A DNA stretch of 64,000 bases from NCBI GenBank assembly GCA_030390025.1, contig CM059438.1:57228001-57292000 (forward strand), in the 5' to 3' direction. The DNA is from Squalus acanthias (taxonomy: Eukaryota). Every line of letters begins with the position of its first letter. The stretch's first letter is position 1. The position numbers and the translations under genes are program-made. A model generated the notes under the pieces. That model saw only the letters and a program-made list of their open reading frames with translations. It was not told the DNA's origin and made no database searches. Of this stretch, positions 35,201-50,200 are shown one piece after another.

Positions 35201-38200
35201 CCCAGGGAACACAGTTACCAGAGACTGACACTCCACCAGGGAACACAGTTACCAGAGACTGACACTCCACCCAGGAAAGACAGTTACCAGAGACTGACAC
35301 TCCACCAGGGAACACAGTTACCAGAGACTGACACTCCACCCAGGGAACACAGTTACCAGAGACTGACACTCCACCCAGGGAACACAGTTACCAGAGACTG
35401 ACACTCCACCAGGGAACACAGTTACCAGAGACTGACACTCCACCCAGGGAACACAGTTACCAGAGACTGACACTCCACCCAGGGAACACAGTTACCAGAG
35501 ACTGACACTCCACCCAGGGAACACAGTTACCAGAGACTGACACTCCACCCAGGGAACACAGTTACCAGAGACTGACACTCCACCCAGGAAACACAGTTAC
35601 CACAGACTGACACTCCACCCAGGGAACACAGTTACCACAGACTGACACTCCACCCAGGGAACACAGTTACCAGAGACTGACACTCCACCCAGGGAACACA
35701 GTTACCAGAGACTGACACTCCACCAGGGAACACAGTTACCAGAGACTGACACTCCACCAGGGAACACAGTTACCACAGACTGACACTCCACCCAGGGAAC
35801 ACAGTTACCAGAGACTGACACTCCACCCAGGGAACACAGTTACCAGAGACTGACACTCCACTCAGGGAACACAGTTACCAGAGACTGACACTCCACCCAG
35901 GGAACACAGTTACCAGAGACTGACACTCCACCAGGGAACACAGTTACCAGAGACTGACACTCCACCAGGGAACACAGTTACCAGAGACTGACACTCCACC
36001 AGGGAACACAGTTACCACAGACTGACACTCCACCCAGGGAACACAGTTACCAGAGACTGACACTCCACCCAGGGAACACAGTTACCAGAGACTGACACTC
36101 CACCCAGGGAACACAGTTACCAGAGACTGACACTCCACCCAGGGAACACAGTTACCAGAGACTGACACTCCACCCAGGGAACACAGTTACCAGAGACTGA
36201 CACTCCACCCAGGGAACACAGTTACCAGAGACTGACACTCCACCCAGGGAACACAGTTACCAGAGACTGACACTCCACCCAGAGAACACAGTTACCAGAG
36301 ACTGACACTCCACCCAGGGAACACAGTTACCAGAGACTGACACTACACCCAGGAAAGACAGTTACCAGCGACTGACACTCCACCAGGGAACACAGTTACC
36401 AGAGACTGACACTCCACCAAGGGAACACAGTTACCACAGACTGACACTCCACCCAGAGAACACAGTTACCAGAGACTGACACTCCACCCAGGGAACACAG
36501 TTACCAGAGACTGACACTCCACCCAGGGAACACAGTTACCAGAGACTGACACTCCACCCAGAGAACACAGTTACCAGAGACTGACACTCCACCCAGGGAA
36601 CACAGTTACCTCAGACTGACACTCCACCCAGGGAACACAGTTACCACAGACTGACACTCCACCCAGGGAACACAGTTACCACAGACTGACACTCCACCCA
36701 GGGAACACAGTTACCATAGACTGACACTCCACCCAGGGAACACAGTTACCAGAGACTGACACTCCACTCAGGGAATAAAGTTACCTCAGACTGACACTCC
36801 ACCCAGGAAACACAGTTACCACAGACTGACACTCCACCCAGGGAACACAGTTACCACTGACTGACACTCCACCCAGTGAACACAGTTACCACAGACTGAC
36901 ACTCCACCCAGGGAACACAGTTACCATAGACTGACACTCCACCCAGGGAACACAGTTACCAGAGACTGACACTCCACTCAGGGAACACAGTTACCTCAGA
37001 CTGACACTCCACCCAGGAAACACAGTTACCACAGACTGACACTCCACCCAGGGAACACAGTTACCACTGACTGACACTCCACCCAGTGAACACAGTTACC
37101 ACTGACTGACACTCCACCCAGGGAACACAGTTACCAGAGACTGACACTCCACCCAGGGAACACAGTTACCAGAGACTGACACTCCACCCAGGGAACACAG
37201 TTACCAGAGGCTGACACTCCACCCAGGCAACAGTCACCAGAGAGTGACACTCCACCAGGGAACACAGTTACCACAGACTGACACTCCACCAGGGAACACA
37301 GTTACCAGAGACTGACATTCCACCGGGGAACATAGTTAACACAGACTCACACTCCACCCAGGGAACACAGTTACCAGAGACTGACACTCCACCCAGGGAA
37401 CACAGTTACCAGAGACTGACATTCCACCGGGGAACATAGTTACCACAGACCCACACTCCACCCAGGGAACACAGTTACCACAGACTCACACTCCACCCAG
37501 GGAACATAGTTACCAGAGACTGACACTCCAACCAGAGAACACAGTTACCAGAAACTGACACTCCACCCAGGGAACACAGTTACCAGAGACTGACACTACA
37601 CCCAGGAAAGACAGTTACCAGCGACTGACACTCCACCAGGGAACACAGTTACCAGAGACTGACACTGCACCAGGGAACACAGTTACCAGAGACTGACACT
37701 CCACCCAGGGAACACAGTTACCAGAGACTGACACTCCACCCAGAGAACACAGTTACCAGAGACTGACACTCCACCCAGGGAACACAGTTACCAGAGACTG
37801 ACACTACACCCAGGAAAGACAGTTACCAGCGACTGACACTCCACCCAGGGAACACAGTTACCAGAGACTGAAACTCCACCAAGGGAACACAGTTACCACA
37901 GACTGACACTCCACCCAGAGAACACAGTTACCAGAGACAGACACTCCACCCAGGGAACACAGTTACCAGACACTCCACTCAGGGAACACAGTTACCAGAG
38001 ACTGACACTCCACCCAGGGAACACAGTTACCAGAGACTGACACCCCACCCAGAGAACACAATTACCAGAGACTGACACTCCACTCGGAATAAAGTTACCT
38101 CAGACTGACACTCCACCGAGGAAACACAGTTACCACAGACTGACACTCCACTCAGGGAACACAGTTACCACTGACTGACACTCCACCCAGGGAACACAGT

Positions 38201-41200
38201 TACCACAGACTGACACTCCACCCAGGGAACACAGTTACCATAGACTGACACTCCACTCAGGGAATACAGTTACCAGAGACTGACACTCCACCCAGGGAAC
38301 ACAGTTACCAGAGACTGACACTCCACTCAGGGAACAGTTACCAGAGAGTGACACTCCACCAGGGAACACAGTTACCAGAGACTGACACTCCACCCAGGGA
38401 ACACAGTTACCAGAGACTGACACTCCACCCAGGGAACACAGTTACCAGAGACTGACACTCCACCCAGAGAACACAGTTACCAGAGACTGACACTCCACCC
38501 AGGGAACACAGTTACCAGAGAGTGACACTCCACCAGGGAATACAGTTACCAGAGACTGACACTCCACCCAGGGAACACAGTTACCAGAGACTGACACTCC
38601 ACCCAGGGAACACAGTTACCAGAGACTGACACTCCAACCAGAGAACACAGTTACCAGAGACTGACACTCCACCCAGGGAACACAGTTACCAGAGAGTGAC
38701 ACTCCACCAGGGAATACAGTTACCAGAGACTGACACTCCACCCAGGGAACACAGTTACCAGAGAGTGACACTCCACCAGGGAACACAGTTACCAGAGACT
38801 GACACTCCACCCAGGGAACACAGTTACCAGAGACTGACACTCCACCCAGGGAACACAGTTACCAGAGACTGACACTCCACCCAGAGAACACAGTTACCAG
38901 AGACTGACACTCCACCCAGGGAACACAGTTACCAGAGACTGACACTCCACCCAGGAAAGACAGTTACCAGCGACTGACACTCCACCAGGGAACACAGTTA
39001 CCAGAGACTGAAACTCCACCAGGGAACACAGTTACCACAGACTGACACTCCACCCAGAGAACACAGTTACCAGAGACAGACACTCCACCGAGGGAACACA
39101 GTTACCACAGACTGACACTCCACCAGAGAACACAGTTACCAGAGACTGACACTCCACCCAGGGAACACAGTTACCAGAGACTGACACTCCACCCAGGGAA
39201 CACAGTTACCAGAGACTGACACTCCACCCAGGAAAGACAGTTACCAGCGACTGACACTCCACCAGGGAACACAGTTACCAGAGACTGACACTGCACCAGG
39301 GAACACAGTTACCAGAGACTGACACTCCACCCAGGGAACACAGTTACCAGAGACTGACACTCCACCCAGGGAACACAGTTACCAGAGACTGACACTCCAC
39401 CCAGAGAACACAGTTACCAGAGACTGACACTCCACCCAGGAAACACAGTTACCAGAGACTGACACTACACCCAGGAAAGACAGTTACCAGCGACTGACAC
39501 TCCACCAGGGAACACAGTTACCAGAGACTGAAACTCCACCAAGGGAACACAGTTACCACAGACTGACACTCCACCCAGAGAACACAGTTACCAGAGACAG
39601 ACACTCCACCCAGGGAACACAGTTACCAGACACTCCACTCAGGGAACACAGTTACCAGAGACTGACACTCCACCCAGGGAACACAGTTACCAGAGACTGA
39701 CACCCCACCCAGAGAACACAATTACCAGAGACTGACACTCCACTCGGAATAAAGTTACCTCAGACTGACACTCCACCGAGGAAACACAGTTACCACAGAC
39801 TGACACTCCACCCAGGGAACACAGTTACCACTGACTGACACTCCACCCAGGGAACACAGTTACCACAGACTGACACTACACCCAGGGAACACAGTTACCA
39901 TAGACTGACACTCCACCCAGGGAACACAGTTACCAGAGACTGACACTCCACTCAGGGAATACAGTTACCAGAGACTGACACTCCACCCAGGGAACACAGT
40001 TACCAGAGAGTGACACTCCACCAGGGAACACAGTTACCAGAGACTGACACTCCACTCAGGGAACAGTTACCAGAGAGTGACACTCCACACAGGGAACACA
40101 GTTACCAGAGACTGACACTCCACCCAGGGAACACAGTTACCAGAGACTGATACTCCACCCATGGAACACAGTTACCAGAGACTGACACTCCACCCAGAGA
40201 ACACTGTTACCAGAGACTGACACTCCACCCAGGGAACACAGTTACCAGAGACTGACACTACACCCAGGAAAGACAGTTACCAGCGACTGACACTCCACCA
40301 GGGAACACAGTTACCAGAGACTGAAACTCCACCAAGGGAACACAGTTACCACAGACTGACACTCCACCCAGAGAACACAGTTACCAGAGACAGACACTCC
40401 ACCCAGGGAACACAGTTACCAGAAACAGACACTCCACTCAGGGAACACAGTTACCAGAGACTGACACTCCACCCAGGGAACACAGTTACCAGAGACTGAC
40501 ACCCCACCCAGAGAACACAGCTACCACAGACTGACACTCCACTCAGGGAACACAGTTACCACTGACTGACACTCCAGCCAGGGAACACAGTTACCACAGA
40601 CTGACACTCCACCCAGGGAACACAGTTACCAGAGACTGACACTCCACTCAGGGAATACAGTTACCAGAGACTGACACTCCACCCAGGGAACACAGTTACC
40701 ATAGACTGACACTCCACCCAGGGAACACAGTTACCAGAGACTGACACTCCACCCAGGGAACACAGTTACCAGAGACTGACACTCCACCAGGGAACACAGT
40801 TACCACAGACTGACACTCCACCCAGGGAACACAGTTACCAGAGACTGACACTCCACCCAGGGAACACAGTTACCAGAGACTGACACTCCACCCAGGGAAC
40901 ACAGTTACCAGAGACTGACACTCCACCAGGGAACACAGTTACCAGAGACTGACACTCCACCCAGGGAACACAGTTACCAGAGACTGACACTCCACCCAGG
41001 GAACACAGTTACCAGAGACTGACACTCCACCCAGGGAACACAGTTACCAGAGACTGACACTCCACCAGGGAACACAGTTACCAGAGACTGACACTCCACC
41101 CAGGAAAGACAGTTACCAGCGACTGACACTCCACCAGGGAACACAGTTACCAGAGACTGAAACTCCACCAGGGAACACAGTTACCAGAGACTGACACTCC

Positions 41201-44200
41201 ACCCAGAGAACACAGTTACCAGAGACTGACACTCCACCCAGGAACACAGTTACCAGAGACTGACACTCCACCAGGGAACACAGTTACCTCAGACTGACAC
41301 TCCACCCAGGAACACAGTTACCACAGACTGACACTCCACCCAGGGAACACAGTTACCAGAGACTGACACTCACCCAGGGAACACAGTTACCACAGACTGA
41401 CACTCCACCCAGGGAACACAGTTACCACAGACTGACACTCCACCCAGGGAACACAGTTACCAGAGACTGACACTCCACCAGGGAACACAGTTACCAGAGA
41501 CTGACACTCCACCCAGGGAACACAGTTACCAGAGACTGACACTCCACCCAGGGAACACAGTTACCAGAGACTGACACTCCACCCAGGAAAGACAGTTACC
41601 AGAGACTGACACTCCACCAGGGAACACAGTTACCAGAGACTGAAACTCCACCCAGGGAACACAGTTACCACAGACTGACACTCCACCCAGGGAACACAGT
41701 TACCAGAGACTGACACTCCACCCAGGGAACACAGTTACCAGAGACTGACACTCCACCAGGGAACACAGTTACCAGAGACTGACACTCCACCCAGGGAACA
41801 CAGTTACCAGAGACTGACACTCCACCCAGAGAACACAGTTACCACAGACTGACACTCCACTCAGGGAACACAGTTACCACAGACTGACACTCCACCAGGG
41901 AACACAGTTACCACAGACTGACACTCCACCCAGGGAACACAGTTACCAGAGACTGACACTCCACCAGGGAACACAGTTACCAGAGACTGACACTCCACCC
42001 AGGGAACACAGTTACCAGAGACTGACACTCCACCCAGGGAACACAGTTACCAGAGACTGACACTCCACCAGGGAACACAGTTACCAGAGACTGACACTCC
42101 ACCCAGGGAACACAGTTACCAGAGACTGACACTCCACCCAGGGAACACAGTTACCAGAGACTGACACTCCACCAGGGAACACAGTTACCACAGACTGACA
42201 CTCCACCCAGGGAACATAGTTACCAGAGACTGACACTCCACCCAGGGAACACAGTTACCAGAGACTGACACTCCACCCAGGGAACACAGTTACCAGAGAC
42301 TGACACTCCACCAAGGGAACACAGTTACCAGAGACTGACACTCCACCCAGGGAACACAGTTACCAGAGACTGACACTCCACCCAGGGAACACAGTTACCA
42401 GAGACTGACACTCCACCCAGAGAACACAGTTACCAGAGACTGACACTCCAACAAGGGAACACAGTTACCAGAGACTGACACTACACCCAGGAAAGACAGT
42501 TACCAGCGACTGACACTCCACCAGGGAACACAGTTACCAGAGACTGAAACTCCACCAGGGAACACAGTTACCAGAGACTGACACTCCACCCAGAGAACAC
42601 AGTTACCAGAGACTGACACTCCACCCAGAGAACACAGTTACCAGAGACTGACACTCCACTCAGGGAATAAAGTTACCTCAGACTGACACTCCACCCAGGA
42701 AACACAGTTACCACAGACTGACACTCCACCCAGGGAACACAGTTACCACTGACTGACACTTACCCAGGGAACACAGTTACCACAGACTGACACTCCACCC
42801 AGGGAACACAGTTACCACAGACTGACACTCCACCCAGGGAACACAGTTACCAGAGACTGATACTCCACTCAGGGAATACAGTTACCAGAGACTGACACTC
42901 CACCCAGGAAAGACAATTACCAGAGACTGACACTCCACCCAGGGAACACAGATACCAGAGACTGACACTCCACCAGGGAACACAGTTACCAGAGACTGAC
43001 ACTTCACCAGGGAACACAGTTAACACAGACTGAAACTCCACACAGGGAACACAGTTACCAGAGACTGACACTCCACCCAGGAAAGACAGTTACCAGAGAC
43101 TGACACTCCACCCAGGAAAGACAGTTACCAGAGACTGACACTCCACCCAGGGAACACAGATACCAGAGACTGACACTCCATTCAGGGAACACAGTTACCA
43201 GAGATTGACACTCCACCCAGGGAACACAGTTACCAGAGACTGACACTCCACCCAGGGAACACAGTTACCACAGACTGACACTCCACCAGGGAACACAGTT
43301 ACCAGAGACTGATACTCCACCCAGGGAACACAGTTACCAGAGACTGACACTCCACCCAGGGAACACAGTTACCACAGACTGACACTCCACCCAGGGAACA
43401 CAATTACCACAGACTGACACTCCACCCAGGGAACACAGTTACCAGAGACTGATACTCCACCCAGGGAACACAGTTACCAGAGACTGACACTCCACCCAGG
43501 GAACACAGTTACCACAGACTGACACTCCACCCAGGGAACACAATTACCACAGACTGACACTCCACCCAGGGAATACAGTTACCAGAGAGTGACACTCCAC
43601 CAGGGACCACAGTTACCAGAGACTGACACTCCACCGGGGAACATAGTTACCACAGACTCACACTCCACCCAGGGAAAACAGTTAGCAGAGACTGACACTC
43701 CACCCAGGGAACAGTTACCAGAGAGTGACACTCTACCAGGGAACACAGTTACCACAGACTGACACTCCACCGGGGAACATAGTTACCACAGACTCACACT
43801 CCACCCAGGGAAAACAGTTAGCAGAGACTGACACTCCACCCAGGGAACAGTTACCAGAGAGTGACACTCTACCAGGGAACACAGTTACCAGAGACTGACA
43901 CTTCACCAGGGAACACAGTTACCAGAGACTGACACTTCACCCAGGGAACACAGTTAGCAGAGACTGACACTCCACTAGGGAACATAGTTACCACAGACTG
44001 ACACTCCACCAAGGGAACACAGTTACCACAGACTGACTCTTCACCAGGGAACACAGTTACCAGAGACTGATACTCCAGCCAGGGAACACAGTTACCACAG
44101 ACTGACGCTCCACGCAGGGAACACAATTACCAGAGACTGACACTCCACCCAGGGAACACAGTTACCATAGACTGACACTCCACCCAGGGAACGCAGTTAC

Positions 44201-47200
44201 CAGAGACTGACACTCCACCAGGGAACACAGTTACCAGAGACTGACACTCCACCCAGGGAACAGTTACCAGAGACTGACACTCCACCCAGGGAACACAGTT
44301 ACCACAGACTAACACTCCAACCAGAGAACACAGTTACCAGAAACTGACACTCCAACCAGGGAACACAGTTACCAGAGACTGACACTCCACCCAGGGAACA
44401 CAGTTACCAGAGACTGACACTCCACCCAGGGAACACAGTTACCAGAGACTGACACTCCACCCAGGGAACAGTTACCAGAGACTGACACTCCACCCAGGGA
44501 ACAGTTACCAGAGAGTGACACTCCACCAGGGAACACAGTTACCAGAGACTGACACTCCACCCAGGGAACAGTTACCAGAGACTGACACTCCACCCAGGGA
44601 ACAGTTACCAGAGAGTGACACTCCACCAGGGAACACAGTTACCAGAGACTGACACTCCACCCAGGGAACAGTTACCAGAGAGTGACACTCCACCAGGGAA
44701 CACAGTTACCAGAGACTGACACTCCACCCAGGGAACACAGTTACCAGAGAGTGACACTCCACCCAGGGAACACAGTTACCACAGACTGACACTCCACCCA
44801 GGGAACAGTTACCAGAGAGTGACACTCCACCAGGGAACACAGTTACCAGAGACTGACACTCCACCCAGGGAACACAGTTACCAGAAACTGACACTCCACC
44901 CAGGGAACACAGTTACCAGAGAGTGACACTCCACCCAGGGAACACAGTTACCAGAGACTGACACTCCACCCAGGGAATACAGTTACCAGAGAGTGACACT
45001 CCACCAGGGACCACAGTTACCAGAGACTGACACTCCACCGGGGAACATAGTTACCACAGACTCACACTCCACCCAGGGAAAACAGTTAGCAGAGACTGAC
45101 ACTCCACCCAGGGAACAGTTACCAGAGAGTGACACTCTACCAGGGAACACAGTTACCACAGACTGACACTCCACCGGGGAACATAGTTACCACAGACTGA
45201 CACTCCACCCAGGGAAAACAGTTAGCAGAGAGTGACACTCTACCAGGGAACACAGTTACCAGAGACTGACACTTCACCAGGGAACACAGTTACCAGAGAC
45301 TGACACTTCACCCAGGGAACACAGTTAGCAGAGACTGACACTCCACTAGGGAACATAGTTACCACAGACTGACACTCCACCCAGGGAACACAGTTACCAC
45401 AGACTGACTCTTCACCAGGGAACACAGTTACCAGAGACTGATACTCCACCCAGGGAACACAGTTACCACAGACTGACGCTCCACGCAGGGAACACAATTA
45501 CCAGAGACTGACACTCCACCCAGGGAACACAGTTACCATAGACTGACACTCCACCCAGGGAACACAGTTACCATAGACTGACACTCCACCCAGGGAACGC
45601 AGTTACCAGAGATTGACACTCCACCCAGGGAACAGTTACCAGAGACTGACACTCCACCCAGGGAACACAGTTACCACAGACTGACACTCCAACCAGAGAA
45701 CACAGTTACCAGAAACTGACACTCCAACCAGGGAACACAGTTACCAGAGACTGACACTCCACCCAGGGAACACAGTTACCAGAGACTGACACTCCACCCA
45801 GGGAACACAGTTACCAGAGACTGACACTCCACCCAGGGAACAGTTACCAGAGACTGACACTCCACCCAGGGAACAGTTACCAGAGAGTGACACTCCACCC
45901 AGGGAACAGTTACCAGAGAGTGACACTCCACCAGGGAACACAGTTACCAGAGACTGACACTCCAACCAGGGAACACAGTTACCAGAGACTGACACTCCAC
46001 CCAGGGAACACAGTTACCAGAGACTGACACTCCACCCAGGGAACACAGTTACCAGAGACTGACACTCCACCCAGGGAACAGTTACCAGAGACTGACACTC
46101 CACCCAGGGAACAGTTACCAGAGAGTGACACTCCACCAGGGAACACAGTTACCAGAGACTGACACTCCACCCAGGGAACAGTTACCAGAGAGTGACACTC
46201 CACCCAGGGAACACAGTTACCACAGACTGACACTCCACCCAGGGAACAGTTACCAGAGAGTGACACTCCACCAGGGAACACAGTTACCAGAGACTGACAC
46301 TCCACCCAGGGAACACAGTTACCAGAGAGTGACACTCCACCCAGGGAACACAGTTACCACAGACTGACACTCCACCCAGGGAACAGTTACCAGAGAGTGA
46401 CACTCCACCAGGGAACACAGTTACCAGAGACTGACACTCCACCCAGGGAACACAGTTACCAGAAACTGACACTCCACCCAGGGAACACAGTTACCAGAGA
46501 GTGACACTCCACCCAGGGAACACAGTTACCAGAAACTGACACTCCACCAGGGAACACAGTTACCAGAGACTGACACTCCACCAGGGAACACAGTTACCAG
46601 AGACTGACACTTCACCAGGGAACACAGTTAACACAGACTGAAACTCCACACAGGGAACACAGTTAGCAGAGACTGACACTCCACCCAGGGAACACAGTTA
46701 CCAGAGACTTACACTCCACCCAGGGAACACAGTTACCAGAGACTGACACCCCACCCAGTGAACACAGTTACCAGAGACTGACACTCCACTCAGGGAATAA
46801 AGTTACCTCAGACTGACACTCCACCCAAGAAACACAGTTACCACAGACTGACACTCCACCCAGGGAACACAGTTACCACTGACTGACACTCCACCAGGGA
46901 ACACAGTTACCAGAGACTGACACTCCACCCAGGGAACAGTTACCAGAGACTGACACTCCACCAGGGAACACAGTTAACACAGACTGAAACTCCACCCAGG
47001 GAACACAGTTACCACAGACTGACACTCCACCAGGGAACACAGTTACCAGAGACTGACACTTCACCAGGGAACACAGTTAACACAGACTGACACTCCACCC
47101 AGGGAACACAGTTACCACAGACTGACACTCCACCAGGGAACACAGTTACCAGAGACTGACACTCCACCCAGGGAACACAGTTACCAGAGACTGACACTCC

Positions 47201-50200
47201 ACCCAGGGAACATAGTTACCATAGACTGACACTCCACCCAGGGAGCACAGTTACCAGCGACTGACACTCCACCCAGGGAACACAGTTACCAGAGACTGAC
47301 ACTCCACCCAGGGAACACAGTTACCAGAGACTGACACTCCACCCAGGGAACACAGTTACCAGAGGCTGACACTCCACCCAGGGAGCACAGTTACCAGCGA
47401 CTGACACTCCACCCAGGGAACACAGTTACCACAGACTGACACTCCACCAGGGAACACAGTTACCAGAGACTGACATTCCACCGGGGAACATAGTTAACAG
47501 AGACTCACACTCAACCCAGGGAACACAGTTACCAGAGACTGACACTCCACCCAGGAAACACAGTTACCAGAGACTGACACTACACCCAGTATAGACAGTT
47601 ACCAGCGACTGACACTCCACCCAGGGAACACAGTTACCAGAGACTGAAACTCCAACAAGGGAACACAGTTACCACAGACTGACACTCCACCCAGAGAACA
47701 CAGTTACCAGAGACAGACTCTCCACCCAGTGAACACAGTTACCAGAGACTGACACTCCACTCAGGGAATAAAGTTACCTCAGACTGACACCCCACCCAGG
47801 GAAGACAGTTACCACAGACTGACACTCCACCCAGGGAACACAGTTACCAGAGAGTGACACTCCACCAGGGAACACAGTTACCAGAGACTGACACTTCACC
47901 AGGGAACACAGTTAACACAGACTGAAACTCCACACAGGGAACACAGTTAGCAGAGACTGACACTCCACCAGGGAACACAGTTACCAGAGACTGACACTTC
48001 ACCAGGGAACACAGTTAACACAGACTGAAACTCCACACAGGGAACACAGTTAGCAGAGACTGACACTCCACCAGGGAACACAGTTACCAGAGAGTGACAC
48101 TCCACCAGGGACCACAGTTACCAGAGACTGACACTCCACCGGGGAACATAGTTACCACAGACTCACACTCCACCCAGGGAAAACAGTTAGCAGAGACTGA
48201 CACTCCACCCAGGGAACAGTTACCAGAGAGTGACACTCTACCAGGGAACACAGTTACCACAGACTGACACTCCACCGGGGAACATAGTTACCACAGACTG
48301 ACACTCCACCCAGGGAAAACAGTTAGCAGAGAGTGACACTCTACCAGGGAACACAGTTACCAGAGACTGACACTTCACCAGGGAACACAGTTACCAGAGA
48401 CTGACACTTCACCCAGGGAACACAGTTAGCAGAGACTGACACTCCACCAGGGAACATAGTTACCACAGACTGACACTCCACCCAGGGAACACAGTTACCA
48501 CAGACTGACTCTTCACCAGGGAACACAGTTACCAGAGACTGATACTCCACCCAGGGAACACAGTTACCACAGACTGACGCTCCACGCAGGGAACACAGTT
48601 ACCAGAGACTGACACTCCACCCAGGGAACACAGTTACCATAGACTGACACTCCACCCAGGGAACACAGTTACCATAGACTGACACTCCACCCAGGGAACA
48701 CAGTTACCAGAGACTGACACTCCACCCAGGGAACACAGTTACCAGAGACTGACACTCCACCAGGGAACACAGTTACCAGAGACTGACACTCCACCCAGGA
48801 ACACAGTTACCAGAGACTGACACTCCACCAGGGAACACAGTTACCAGAGACTGACACTCCACCAGGGAACACAGTTACCAGAGACTGACACTCCACCCAG
48901 GGAACACAGTTACCAGAGACTGACACTCCACCCAGGGAACACAGTTACCAGAGACTGACACTCCACCCAGGGAACACAGTTACCACAGACTGACACTCCA
49001 CCCAGGGAACACAGTTACCAGAGACTGACACTCCACCCAGGGAACACAGTTACCAGAGACTGACACTCCACCCAGGGAACACAGTTACCAGAGACTGACA
49101 CTCCACCCAGGGAACACAGTTACCAGAGACTGACACTCCACCCAGGGAACACAGTTACCAGAGACTGACACTCCACCCAGGGAACACAGTTACCAGAGAC
49201 TGACACTCCACCCAGGAACACAGTTACCAGAGACTGACACTCCACCCAGGGAACACAGTTACCAGAGACTGACACTCCACCCAGGGAACACAGTTACCAG
49301 AGACTGACACTTCACCAGGGAACACAGTTACCACAGACTGACACTCCACCCAGGGAACACAGTTACCAGAGACTGACACTCCACCCAGGGAACACAGTTA
49401 CCAGAGACTGACACTCCACCCAGGGAACACAGTTACCAGAGACTGACACTCCACCCAGGGAACACAGTTACCAGAGACTGACACTCCACCCAGGGAACAC
49501 AGTTACCAGAGACTGACACTCCACCCAGGGAACACAGTTACCAGAGACTGACACTCCACCCAGGGAACACAGTTACCAGAGACTGACACTCCACCAGGGA
49601 ACACAGTTACCAGAGACTGACACTCCACCCAGGGAACACAGTTACCAGAGACTGACACTCCACCCAGGGAACACAGTTACCACAGACTGACACTCCACCC
49701 AGGGAACACAGTTACCACAGACTGACACTCCACCCAGGGAACACAGTTACCAGAGACTGACACTCCACCCAGGGAACACAGTTACCAGAGACTGACACTC
49801 CACCCAGGGAACACAGTTACCAGAGACTGACACTCCACCCAGGGAACACAGTTACCAGAGACTGACACTCCACCCAGGGAACACAGTTACCAGAGACTGA
49901 CACTCCACCCAGGGAACACAGTTACCAGAGACTGACACTCCACCAGGGAACACAGTTACCAGAGACTGACACTCCACCCAGGGAACACAGTTACCAGAGA
50001 CTGACACTCCACCCAGGGAACACAGTTACCAGAGACTGACACTCCACCAGGGAACACAGTTACCAGAGACTGACACTCCACCAGGGAACACAGTTACCAC
50101 AGACTGACACTCCACCCAGGGAACACAGTTACCAGAGACTGACACTCCACCCAGGGAACACAGTTACCAGAGACTGACACTCCACCAGGGAACACAGTTA

